A DNA stretch of 37,386 bases, from the NCBI GenBank assembly GCA_016748015.1, contig JAAOMT010000612.1:1-37386 (forward strand), given 5' to 3'. The translations under genes and the position numbers were made by a program. This document shows, piece by piece, positions 12,343 through 23,113 of this stretch. The notes below the pieces were generated by a model. It made no database searches, was not told where the DNA came from, and saw only the letters and a list, made by a program, of their open reading frames with translations. The number at the start of each line of letters is the position of its first letter. Position 1 is the stretch's first letter. The DNA comes from Geosiphon pyriformis uo1 (lineage: Eukaryota > Fungi > Glomeromycota).

Positions 12343-13568
12343 ATGAATATACAAAAATACCAACAACTCCAATATTATATAAATACCCAATTGTTCAAGG
12401 AAAAATTATCTCAAAAAGAACAAAACAACATAAAACAGCAATCAAACCATTTTATCAACTATCAAAATATACTTTATCAGAAGAACAAAAAAAATCCAGA
12501 CCAACCAACCAGAGAAAGAGACAATATTATTCAACATACACTTAGACTCAACAGCAGGACATTTTCATAAAGAAGCAATCATAGAAAAAACCAGAAAAAG
12601 ATACTATTGGCCATCAATATATCCAGACATCATCCAATATGTTCAAAGTTGTGATGCTTGTCAAAAAAGAGGTGGAACAAAACCCAGTAAACCATTGAGA
12701 CCAATCAAAGTGGGACAACTATTCAACTATATTAGAATTGACTTAGTCGGACTATTAACAATCACCAGCAGAGGCAACAGATATATTGCAATAGCCATGA
12801 ATTATCTTACAAAATAGCCAGAAGCAAAAACCATTCAAAGAGCAGATGCAGAATCCATTGCCAAATTCATCCATTAAGAGTTGATCTGTCGACATGGATG
12901 TCCAAAAGAACTACTATCAGATTAAGGAACCCACTTTGTGAACAGAACATTGACAGAATTGAGTCAAAGATTTGGAATTAAAAAACCATTGTCATTACCA
13001 TATTATCTACAAACCAATGGATTAGTAGAAAGATTCAATAGAATACTGTGTAAAGCAATTACCAGTTAAGATAAAAGTCATTATTTATCCAACAGAACCA
13101 ATAACTGAAGACAATTTTCAGGAAACATTGCTAAAAAAAACATATGACTTAATGAAAACACTAGAAAACAAATGGTGAAAAGCAGCTGATAACATCCAAA
13201 AGTCACAAGAAAAACAAAAAAAAAGACATGATAATCAACTATTAGACAAACCAGTTGAATTCAAGATTGAAGATAAAGTACTTTTACATCATACCAAAGC
13301 AGAAAAACAATGGAGTGGAAAATTTAATCCCAAATGGGATGGACTATTTTATATAAAAAAAATTCTTGGAAATAGAGCTTATAAATTAAAATGGGACAAC
13401 AAAATCTTAACCAAAGCAGCACATGATGATCAACTAAAACTATATCACCATATAATATCACTATCTACCAGTAATATTCCACAATTAGAAGTATAGAGAA
13501 TACTAGTACAACCAGATAAGATTTCACAAGATCTGAAACCAATTATCATCATTAGACCAAACACGTAA
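12343..13568 (+). pseudogene. int: E1 integrase as a separate ORF (HHCC, DDE, GPY/F; no chromodomain), disrupted, with an internal deletion near 13060
   Basis: ATG at 12343 (MNIQKYQQL); GHFH..CDACQ; IDLVG; SD*GTHF; QTNGLVERFN; WDGLFY. Confidence 0.9.
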
Positions 13569-13598
13569 AATTGAACAATAAAAAGAGTATATAAAGAC

Positions 13599-14267
13599 AT
13601 GGTAAACATGACGGAAGACTTCAGAAAAATGAAAATTACCGACAACATTTACTTACTAGCACAACAACTCTTTCAATTGATTCAACAACAAGAAATGGAA
13701 ATCACAATCAATCAACAAACTATCAAATACACAAACACCAGAAAAAGACCCTGGGATAAAGTATGGAGGAAAACAGAAAACACTGTTAACAAAATAATGG
13801 CAAAAATGAAACTGGTAATAGAAACACAACCCAAAGTTATTCAATATCAAAAGTTGAATATAGAAACCTGGAATTGGTGAACACAACAATTTCCAAGAAA
13901 CTTTTGTTACTTTTACTTGAAACAATATGTAAATATTCAGAATCTATATACAGATAAAACAAAATAATTATTTAACACAACAATACTACAACAACTGGAA
14001 CAATTTGTGAAGAAAAACAATTTAATTACACAAGCAAGAGCTATTTATTGGCTATATACCAGATTTCAAGATCGGCCAGAAATCTTGCTTAACACTAAAA
14101 TGAATACTGTTACTGTCAACCAAATAGAAAAATTGACCAACACCCAATTTGAAGAATTACAAAACAAAATAACACAAATAATTTTCAGAAAAAAAGTTCA
14201 AGAACTATTTAAGAATGGAGAATTAGAGCTAGAAAATTTGAGAGATCTCAATGGAGCTCAATATTAA
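13599..14267 (+). pseudogene. E1 ORF3, ~220-aa accessory protein of unknown function
   Basis: Track ORFs 13599-13880 and 14007-14267 share one frame, split by two stops. Homologous to ORF3 of E3 and E2. Confidence 0.8.
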
Positions 14268-14278
14268 AAAAGAAGAAA
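14266..14278 (+). promoter_or_regulatory. E1 polypurine tract
   Basis: AAAAAAGAAGAAA ending 3 nt before the 3' LTR. Confidence 0.8.
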
Positions 14279-14281
14279 TAA

Positions 14282-15134
14282 TGTTACTCATAGAATATAA
14301 GAAAGATATTAGCATAAATTAGCCAATTAGAAGTAGGCACAATAAATGTAGAATTCCAGAATTCCTTTTAGAGAAATTGCAGAATTCCAAAAATTTCAGG
14401 ATTCTTATACATGAATTACAGGATTCCAGAATTCCAGAATTTTTCTCAAAAGAAATTGCAGGATTCCAGAAATTCCAAGATTTTTGGTGTGAAGAATTGA
14501 GGAATTGAGGAATCTCAATTATGTATATATAGTGGTAGTATTAAAAGTAGAAAAAACAGACCTTCCAGTTAGATTTTATCTAAGCAACCTTCCAATTCAC
14601 AAATATCAATAAATAATTATTTACTATCTCAATCCACTCTTCATTATTAACACTTTATGTTGATAGTAATTGATACTTAACCACACTGGAACAATAGCTC
14701 TTGATTATGACTATTGATGGGATATTAACTTGCAATTGCTTTTACTTATTTCTTTATTTTCTTTTATTTTTTTGTATTTTTTTTGTTATTTTTTTGGTTT
14801 TACTAAATTGATTAAGGATTAAGCACTAAGATACAAACATCATAGGGACTGGTAAAAGACCTGTAAAACAAAGGTAGAACACTCATAGATTTGAGAATAG
14901 CTTACCAGAAGGATTACCAGTTACCATGCTGAGAAAAAAATTTGACGAAACTGTGGTTTCAGGAAGCTACAGATAAAATCATCAATTAAAATCTCTGTCT
15001 ATTATACAAAGAACTCTGCAACAAAACCTTCAGATAAATCACACCTGCAGATATTATCAATGTCAACAAATCAATTAAGCACCAAGTTACGGGTTTGTTA
15101 TTTGCTTTGAAACCTCAAATAATCACCTGTAATA
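14282..15134 (+). repeat. E1 3' LTR
   Basis: 853-bp copy of 5191-6043, differing almost only by transitions. Confidence 0.97.
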
Positions 15135-15138
15135 TCAT

Positions 15139-16157
15139 GCACAAATAATCAAAAAAGACTTTTTTTGGCTTATATTGGTTCTAAATGCTTTTCATAAAAA
15201 AATAAATATGCTAAAAACATTTGTTAAACTAAATTAGAATATTGATATAAAATACTTTGCACAATGTCAAAGATATTAGAGTAAAAGTCAACTACAGTTT
15301 TTTAAAAAATGTTCTAATTATCATAAGTCATGAGATTTTATATGTAATATATATAGGCATGTAATGACTTCTGAATTAATGTAGCTATATGTTGTTTCTA
15401 AAAAAAATTTATTTGTTGAAGATTACTTAAAATAGGTCCAAAATAAAACAAATCTCATATTTAGCTTAAAGTATAAACAAGTTTTATTTTATTTATAAGC
15501 AATTATTAACTTTTATACTGAAGTTTGTTTCAATAAGTTTTTATTAAAACTCGTGACTAAACAAATGTTTGCACTAATTTGGTCTGCTCAGTGTCATTCT
15601 ATTTACTAATTAATTGAAATTGTTGATGAAAAACAATGACTATGATTGAAATTTGAAGTTTGTAAGCTGATTCAAAAAAGAATTGTAATTTTTTAATCTA
15701 AACTTTTAAATTAACATCAAAACCATGATGCAATACTTGAAAAAATTAACAAAATACTCAAATTGTTGATTCTTTCTATATTTTCACAATGGCATTGAGA
15801 AATTATAGTGTATAACTGTATCAAATTTGAGAGATTATATATTAATCTCTTTAATGTCATTGAATATTCTAAAAGTAAAATATACAGATCTTATACACAT
15901 TCTAGCTTTATTGCTGAATCAAATCAATTTCGAGTTCAGATAAAAAAGACACAATTTGTAAATCCAAATGTCTCTAATTGTGTTTTTTGTGATATTGGTT
16001 ATGAATAGATATTAAGCAAAAAAATAAAAAAATTCTGTAAAATTGTATAAATAAAAAAAATAGACTTTTTTATAGTAAAGTGAATTAAGAAAACATTATT
16101 AAATACTTAAAAACCAATTCCAGTAACAAGTAAAGAAGCAAATTATTAAAAAATATA
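15139..16157 (+). pseudogene. Decayed DDE-transposase-like ORF, 3' part
   Basis: Continues 4465-5190 in frame: AQIIKKDFFWLILVLNAFHKKINML...HQNHDAILEKINK... It includes track ORF 15808-16008. Many stops, no frameshift over ~340 codons. Confidence 0.65.
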
Positions 16158-16392
16158 AATGTGTTAATAAAATCACAACTATTATTTATTATTAACTCTC
16201 TAATATCTTTTTTAAGTGATTATGTTTTTAAAACTTATCAAGTTAATTGTGTAACAGTCTAAAAAATATTTTTTAAGAAGTTAGAAATATATTGTATTAT
16301 GTACAGTTTTGTTTACATTAGATTGGATGTATTACTATTTATAATTGGAACTGTGATTAGTTAATACACAATATTTGTATTTGTGAAAGTGT

Positions 16393-17359
16393 TGTTACCA
16401 GTAGAATTTTAGCTATTAATTAACATGAAATTACCCTTATAATTCCTATAATTAATCAGTATATTAATCATTTCAAATTATTATTTATTATTTAATTAAT
16501 TATTACATATCACGATTCAATTAAAATAATCTAATTAGTATAACAGAAAGTAGGATGATTAAATTACACAATACTCTGAACTTTGTAACATTCTAAAAAT
16601 TCGCCAAAATTTACAGAAATTCGCCGAAATTATAAATAGTTCACCCAAATTAATCAATAGTTTAGCAAAATAACTTGTAGTTCATCAAAATGTATCTTTA
16701 ATTCACCGAAAATTGAGCAAAAAGAAAAAGTGCAAGTTCATAGACTAGTACTACAACAAATTGTATAAAAGAAGAGCTTTTTTCTTCAAGAAAATATATC
16801 TTACTTTAGATTTTATCACTAGAACCATTCCTATACACACAAAAAGAAATAAATATCAAATAATTCGAAAAACCAAATTCTTTAATTATTACATTTGAAA
16901 AATTCCCAAAACCCAATTAACATTTCGAAATTGATTAGCTAGCAATTTCAGTAAACTGTTAGTGACTCCAGGCCTGGATAGAAAACGTTTCCCTTGACAG
17001 AATTCTATTTCTTTTACATTTCTTTTATTTTCTAGTATTTTTTTATTACAATCATTAGAGTAGCCTACAGACAAAATTCCTGTAGAAGAGTTGACTTTCA
17101 CAGCAAAGTAACTACACATTTTTAGTGAGCTTCCAGATGAGCAATTCCTGAGAAAGAGTTGACATTTACTACAATGTAACTACATAAAGTAACTGGCAAG
17201 AAATTGGTCATTCCACTTATAAGCCCAGCAGTTCAAATTATAAAAGATAATTTGAAGATAAATTCAGTTATTGGGTTCAACTACTTTTAGAAAACGTGAA
17301 TTTGCAACCAACAGACAGTTACAATATTCAAGAAAAGAGACCAAAAACCTCTGGTAACA
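16393..17359 (+). repeat. E2 5' LTR
   Basis: 9-bp terminal inverted repeat. TATAAAA at 16764-16770, AATAAA at 16848-16853. Confidence 0.98.
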
Positions 17360-17361
17360 TT

Positions 17362-17372
17362 TGGTGCTATCT
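17362..17372 (+). promoter_or_regulatory. E2 primer binding site (TGGTGCTATCT)
   Basis: TGG lies 2 nt after the LTR. One transition from TGGTGCCATCT, which as I recall complements the yeast tRNA-His 3' end; assignment tentative. Confidence 0.75.
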
Positions 17373-17404
17373 TACAAAAATAACACAGCAACAACAAATT
17401 CAAA

Positions 17405-20400
17405 GTGGTGACCACACCAGATGCAACAACTCTAGAGTATTACCAGTCAATTTACACCCACTGCAAGCAAAGATTCAACATCCCAGACGGAATTGAAGTC
17501 ATCAAGAAATCAGTATACCAATATATTAAAAATCGCATCAACAATTATCTCTTTGGAAATTACAACATCTCAGAAGTTAGAGGCAACTTTTACAATAATT
17601 TAATGCACTATTTACAGTTGAGAACTGAAGACCTTAACAATGAAACACTTGTCACTTACTTTCAAAAACTTAATTTTAACATTATCAAGTACTGTGAAGA
17701 AACATATCCAGTACAATCTCAATATTTTATTGATTTTGAATCAGAAACACAAACAAACAACAAAGACAAACAGAAATTGAAGCAATACTCAAGAACCACC
17801 CCAAATACTCCAATACTACCAAAAACAACTGCCAAACACTTGCAAACACCTAAACAAAAAACCAGTGTTAAATTACCACTTTTTATTACACCAATTCTAA
17901 TTTCACTTGTTCAACCACAAATACCAAGTTCACCACTTAAATGTTTCTCCAGACCAGAAGATTATCAGTCACCTAGAAATCCTACTCAACAGCAGGAACC
18001 AATATCAACAAGTGCCAATATTATTGATTACTTACAAGAAAACGAAAGTAATTATTCAGAAAGTCCAGAAAGTGAAGAAACTGAATCAGAACAAGAAGAA
18101 ACTACAGAAAACGAAAAAGTAATGGCAACTGCTTATATTGCAAAAATTCCAGAATTTACTGGTGAAGATAATGATACCAGTCCTCAAGAATGGCTTGACA
18201 AAGTTCAAAAAGCAGGAGATGCAAATAGTTGGATTGCAACAAAAATGCTCAAAGCAATCTCATATTTTCTCCAAGGAACTGTAGGAGAATAGTTTGAAAA
18301 CTTAGAAGAACCATTTGAAAACTGGCAAGCATTTAAAGATGCTTTTCTACAACAATTCACCAACAACAACACTTCTATCACTCTTAGAAACCGCTTTCGC
18401 AATATCAAGCAAGAAACATCTGAAACTGTTATGACCTATCTTGGAAGATTCAACAAACTTCTCAGACGAATTCAACAATTGGAAACCAATGACTACTATT
18501 CCAATGCTCAAATTCTGGATCAGTTTATAGCAGGGTTAAAAGACAAACTGATTAAAAAAGTCTGTCCACATGCTCTAGCAGACTTAGCAACTGCTATTAA
18601 ACATGCAAAGAATTATGAAATAGCTATGGAAGAAGCAAACCACACCAAACTTGTTAACTTAGCTATTGAAGAAACCAGCTCAGCAGCTGAAAAAAAGATA
18701 GACCAACTCACAAAAAAGGTTGAAAGCTATTTTACAAACCAGCAACAACAGCAACAACAACCACAAAAATATCAATCACCACAGCGATACAACCAAAACA
18801 ACTTTGGACCACCATCCAACCACCAACCTCAAAATTGTCACTATTGTGGAATTCCAGAACACTGGAAACGAGATTGTAGGAAACTACAAAGAGACCAACA
18901 AAACAGGAGTAATCAACGTCACTCTTCATCACAACAATTTTATTACCAATCCCTACCACCAACTTATTATTCACCAAGACCACAAATTCAAAACAGCTAT
19001 TATCAACCAGTTCCACAACCAATTCAACAACAATATCAGCAACTTTTACCAATTCAGCAATATCAGACACCATCCACTCAACAATATCAAGTACCAGCAA
19101 AAAGATTGGTTCACCATAACCAATTCACACCTCAAAATCAATTTCAGAATAACAACAACAGAATTAATCCAAATAACCAGTTGGTTTCCCAAAATTCTGG
19201 TCAGCAAAGACCCAATCACTATCACACTTAACCCAGTTATCTTACAATGCTGGAAGATTCAGATTTTCAACAAACTGCACTTTTTTTTTTTTTTTTTTCA
19301 ACACCAAGATCAAACCCTTTCAATCACACCATTCCACCAGCTCAAATTGCCCAAAATGCCAATCTGTCAGATATATTTCCATTTGAATTTAAGGCAAATG
19401 AATCACCATTCTTGCTTAGTAACACAGCAGTCAATGAACAAAAAGCAATCACTGCTATGTACATAGAAGCTACAGTAGAAGGAAAATCTATTTACTTAAT
19501 CCTAGATAGTGGATTTGCTGGAAGCATTATCACTTACCAGTTGATACAACAACTTAAACGAAATGTAGACAGACCAGCTCAAACAGTTATTGTCACCGCT
19601 AATGATATAAAAAAGACTCCAGTAGAAGAAATTAATGATTTCCTCTTTACAATTGATGGAATTACCATTCCAGTTAAAGTTTTTGTCATGGATGCACCCC
19701 AATACTAAGCCCTAGTTGGAAATGATTGGCTTCTCAAGGCCAATGCAAACCTGAACTGGATAACTCAAGAACTTAAAATCTCATACCAAAGACAATATAA
19801 CATAGTACTTGCAATCTGTGGTACCTTTAATAAATGATCAGAAAAAGCTCCAGTATTTAAATTTGAAGAAGGAAAGGAAATGCCACTTACTGAAACCTAC
19901 ATAGCTCTTGGATCACCATCTAATTGGGCTGAGGAAACAGAACAAGAGATTTTTGAAGAATCAAGAGAATGAAAGAAAGTTAGATATTCCACACCAGAAC
20001 CACGAAAAAAACCACCATACATTCCACTAAAATACAAAGATTGCAAAAAGAAGCTTTCATCTATGGGAGCTTGTATTTCTCCAGAAGAGGAATACGAAAC
20101 TCGCACTTGCTACTTCTACAAGGCATGCCATAGAGAACGATTTGGATCCCCAAAGAGAAGTGAAAAATGGGACAACACACTTTGTTTTACATGTGGAGAT
20201 ATGTTACCAGAAGAATGCAACTGGATTGATGTTGCAATGAGAGGAAGAGTATGTGATTAAACTTGTCAATATGCTCTATTAATTTCGGAAAAAGTGAGAA
20301 GAGGAACACCATTTGATGCAGCATACAACAGTGCTCTCAACAAACTATACCATTACTCACATGATGCTGAAATGATTTTTAACTTAGCAATGGCTTTAAT

Positions 20401-23046
20401 TAATGGAGCCACCCAGGAAGATGTCCACTAAATGAAGATGTCCACCAAATGAAAGAAGCTGAATATATTGAGTATACCATGGAACTAGCCAGATTTGATT
20501 ATGAAGATGAAGTAGAAACCTATTACCAAATTGCAAGCCACACATATCTGACCAAAGAAGCTCAAATTCAACGATTAGAGCAAATGAACATTCAATTGTG
20601 TAAAGAATGTGTTATGCCTTGTGATGACCAATGGTGTTTAGAATATTATGCTCTTAACATTCTTTTGCCAGATGAAAATGATGAAAATAAAATCGAATTT
20701 GGAGTATCTGAATTAGCAGAAGAACTACCAACCACTTCCATCTATCTTCTTGAAAAGCAACCACTTCTACAACTTAAATATTTTGACAACCATGGCCAAG
20801 GAATCAGACCAGAAAAAGCACACGAAATTGATGCCGGATATGACCTAAAATATCCAGGAAAAAATACTTTGGTTTTCCAACCAAAGTCCTTGACAAAAAT
20901 CAATCTCAAAATTGCTCTTGAAATACCACCAGGAGCAATGGTTCAAATTGCCTCCAGATCATCATTGGCAAGTAAAAAAATTAATATTAAAGGAGGAGTT
21001 ATAGATACAAGATACACTAGAGACATTATCATTATGTTACAAAATAAGACAGACAAATCATTTAAAATTGAACATGCTGAAAAAATTGCTCAAGCAATTT
21101 ACTTACCTTTAATCAACATTTCGGGTTTACAATCAGTAAACAACAGAGAACAATTGGGAAAAAGTAAAAGAGGAACTCAAGGTTTTGGTTCAACTGGACA
21201 ATTTACAGTTCCAGTAAATATAGCTCTTAATACACAAAATAAATCTCACCAGATTCTTCAACTTCTCCAGCCAATCACCATTTCACCTTTTGGAAAACAT
21301 TACGAAATTTACACTTGCTCAAAACCCACCACTACACAACAAATCTTTGAATTCAACGAACAAATCTGTTTGAAGCATGAAATCTCAATTCCAAACATTT
21401 ATATTCCCAAAGGAATAAAAAAATTTCGAGTTATATTTTACAACCCTAATAATTACCCTATTGTCTTATTAAACAAATTAGAAATTGGAATCATACACAG
21501 CAATATTTTTCAAGATAAAAACCCTCAAATTGTTTCTAATTTCATCGAAATTGTAAAGCACACTTTACTCCCAAATCCAAATATTATTCCCACTACTGAA
21601 AACTACCACTTTCTGGAAGAAAAACTCTCTCGAATTAACATGGTCCCTTAGAACCTCAACAACAAAGACAATTAAAACAATTAATAGCTGAATTTGCAGA
21701 TATATTTGCAAAAGACAACAATGACCTGGGAAAAACGGATATTGTTCAACATCAGATCCATACAGGAGATGCTCCTCCAAAATGTTAGCAAGCTTACAGA
21801 GTGCCACCAGCCAGCCACCAATTCATCAGAGAAGAAGTCCAGAGAATGCTTAATAATGGATTAATTCAACCATCAAGAAGTCTTTGGGCCTCACCAGTAG
21901 TCCTTATCAAAAAAAAAAAATAGAAAAATCAGATTTTGTGTTGACTATTGCCAACTGAACAGTATAACAATTGGAGATGCCTACCCTCTTCCAAGAATTG
22001 ATGACATGTTAGATGCTTTAGGAAAAGCCAAGTTTTTCTCAACTTTGGACTTAGAAAGTGGATACTGACAAGTCGAAATGGACCCAAAAGACCGACCCAA
22101 AACAGCATTTATTACCCAGGAAGAAAACTATGAGTTCAATGTTATGCCTTTTGGACTCTGCAATGCACCAGCAACATTCCAGCGACTCATGAATGTTGTA
22201 TATGAAGGACTCTTGTAGCAATCAGTAGTTGTCTATCTTGATGACACCAATATATACTCACTAAACTTTGAGACTCATCTTATTTACCTGTGAGAAGTTT
22301 TTCAATGATTATGGAAAGCAGGATTGAAGTTAAACATTGAAAAATGTTACTTTGGAAAAACAAGCTTAATCTTCTTCGGACACATTGTTAGCAAAAATAG
22401 AGTCAAACCAAATTCTGGAACAATCAGTGCTATCAAAAACTTTTAAACTTTCAGAAATACCACAGAACTACGAAGATTTGTAGGATTAGCCTCTTATTAT
22501 CGAAAATTTATAAAAGAATTCTCAAAAATTGCCAAACCATTCAATTATCTTACCAATAAAAACGTGCCATACAAATGGACTGAAGAACAACAAAAAGCTT
22601 TTGAAACTCTCAAAACAAAATTGACAACAGCCCCAGTTCTTGCTTACCCAGACTTCAACAAACAGTTTCAATTAGCCACTAATGCTTCACACATAGCATT
22701 TGGTGCTATCTTATCACAATTGAATGAAAATGGCCAGGAACGAGTTATTGTCTATGCCAGCAGAACACTTAAACCAACAGAACTCAAATATGGCTCAATT
22801 GAATTGGAAGCCACTGCAGTTATCTGGGCTCTTAAACATTTTCAACAATATCTGAAGAATAGAAAAGAATTTGACATAATAACAGACAACATTGGTCTCA
22901 AATGGCTCAATAAAAAGAAAACTGAACAAAGCGCCAAACAGTCTTGATGGAATGACTTCCTAGCAGACTACAGATACATTGTACACTACAAACCAGAAAA
23001 ACTACATACCAATGTTGATAGCCTCTCAAGAATGAGACAATATTAA
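17405..23046 (+). pseudogene. gag-pol: E2 ORF1 polyprotein (N-extension, Gag CA, CCHC, protease, Cys-rich domain, dUTPase, RT, RNase H), disrupted
   Basis: CA MATAYIAKIPEF at 18122; CHYCGIPEHWKRDC 18836-18877; LILDSG ~19496; YLDD 22234-22245; RNase H ends ...DSLSRMRQY*. Gag through dUTPase is one frame once the 17-bp duplication at 20417-20450 is removed. Confidence 0.95.
20770..21198 (+). CDS. dut: dUTPase domain within E2 ORF1 (homotrimeric type)
   Basis: All five motifs in order: DAGYDL, ASRSSLA, GGVIDTRYT, IAQAI, RGTQGFGSTG. Confidence 0.93.
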
Positions 23047-23113
23047 TACCAACATCAACACCAATAAAACACCAACAAACTTAATAGCAGAACAAACAAC
23101 AAAACTAACAACA

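Larger units (their letters stand above)
5191..15134 (+). mobile_element. E1: full-length decayed Ty3/Gypsy LTR retrotransposon carrying dUTPase
   Basis: Two 853-bp LTRs (TGTTAC...GTAATA). TSD TTAT (5187-5190) / TCAT (15135-15138). PBS, PPT, and domain order gag-PR-RT-RH-IN. Confidence 0.97.

Noticed and set aside
13599-14267. env gene
   Set aside because: Short and hydrophilic, with no signal peptide, furin site plus fusion peptide, or transmembrane anchor visible.
16889-17119. Antisense 76-aa ORF present twice (also 25847-26077)
   Set aside because: Duplicated only because it lies in the LTRs; no recognisable motif.
18228-19231. Programmed readthrough stops within Gag (18290, 19229)
   Set aside because: They fit TGG>TAG and CAA>TAA decay and, unlike the stop after RNase H, I did not see them shared by all three elements.
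20417-20450. Programmed frameshift before dUTPase in E2
   Set aside because: A private 17-bp tandem duplication explains the frame change.
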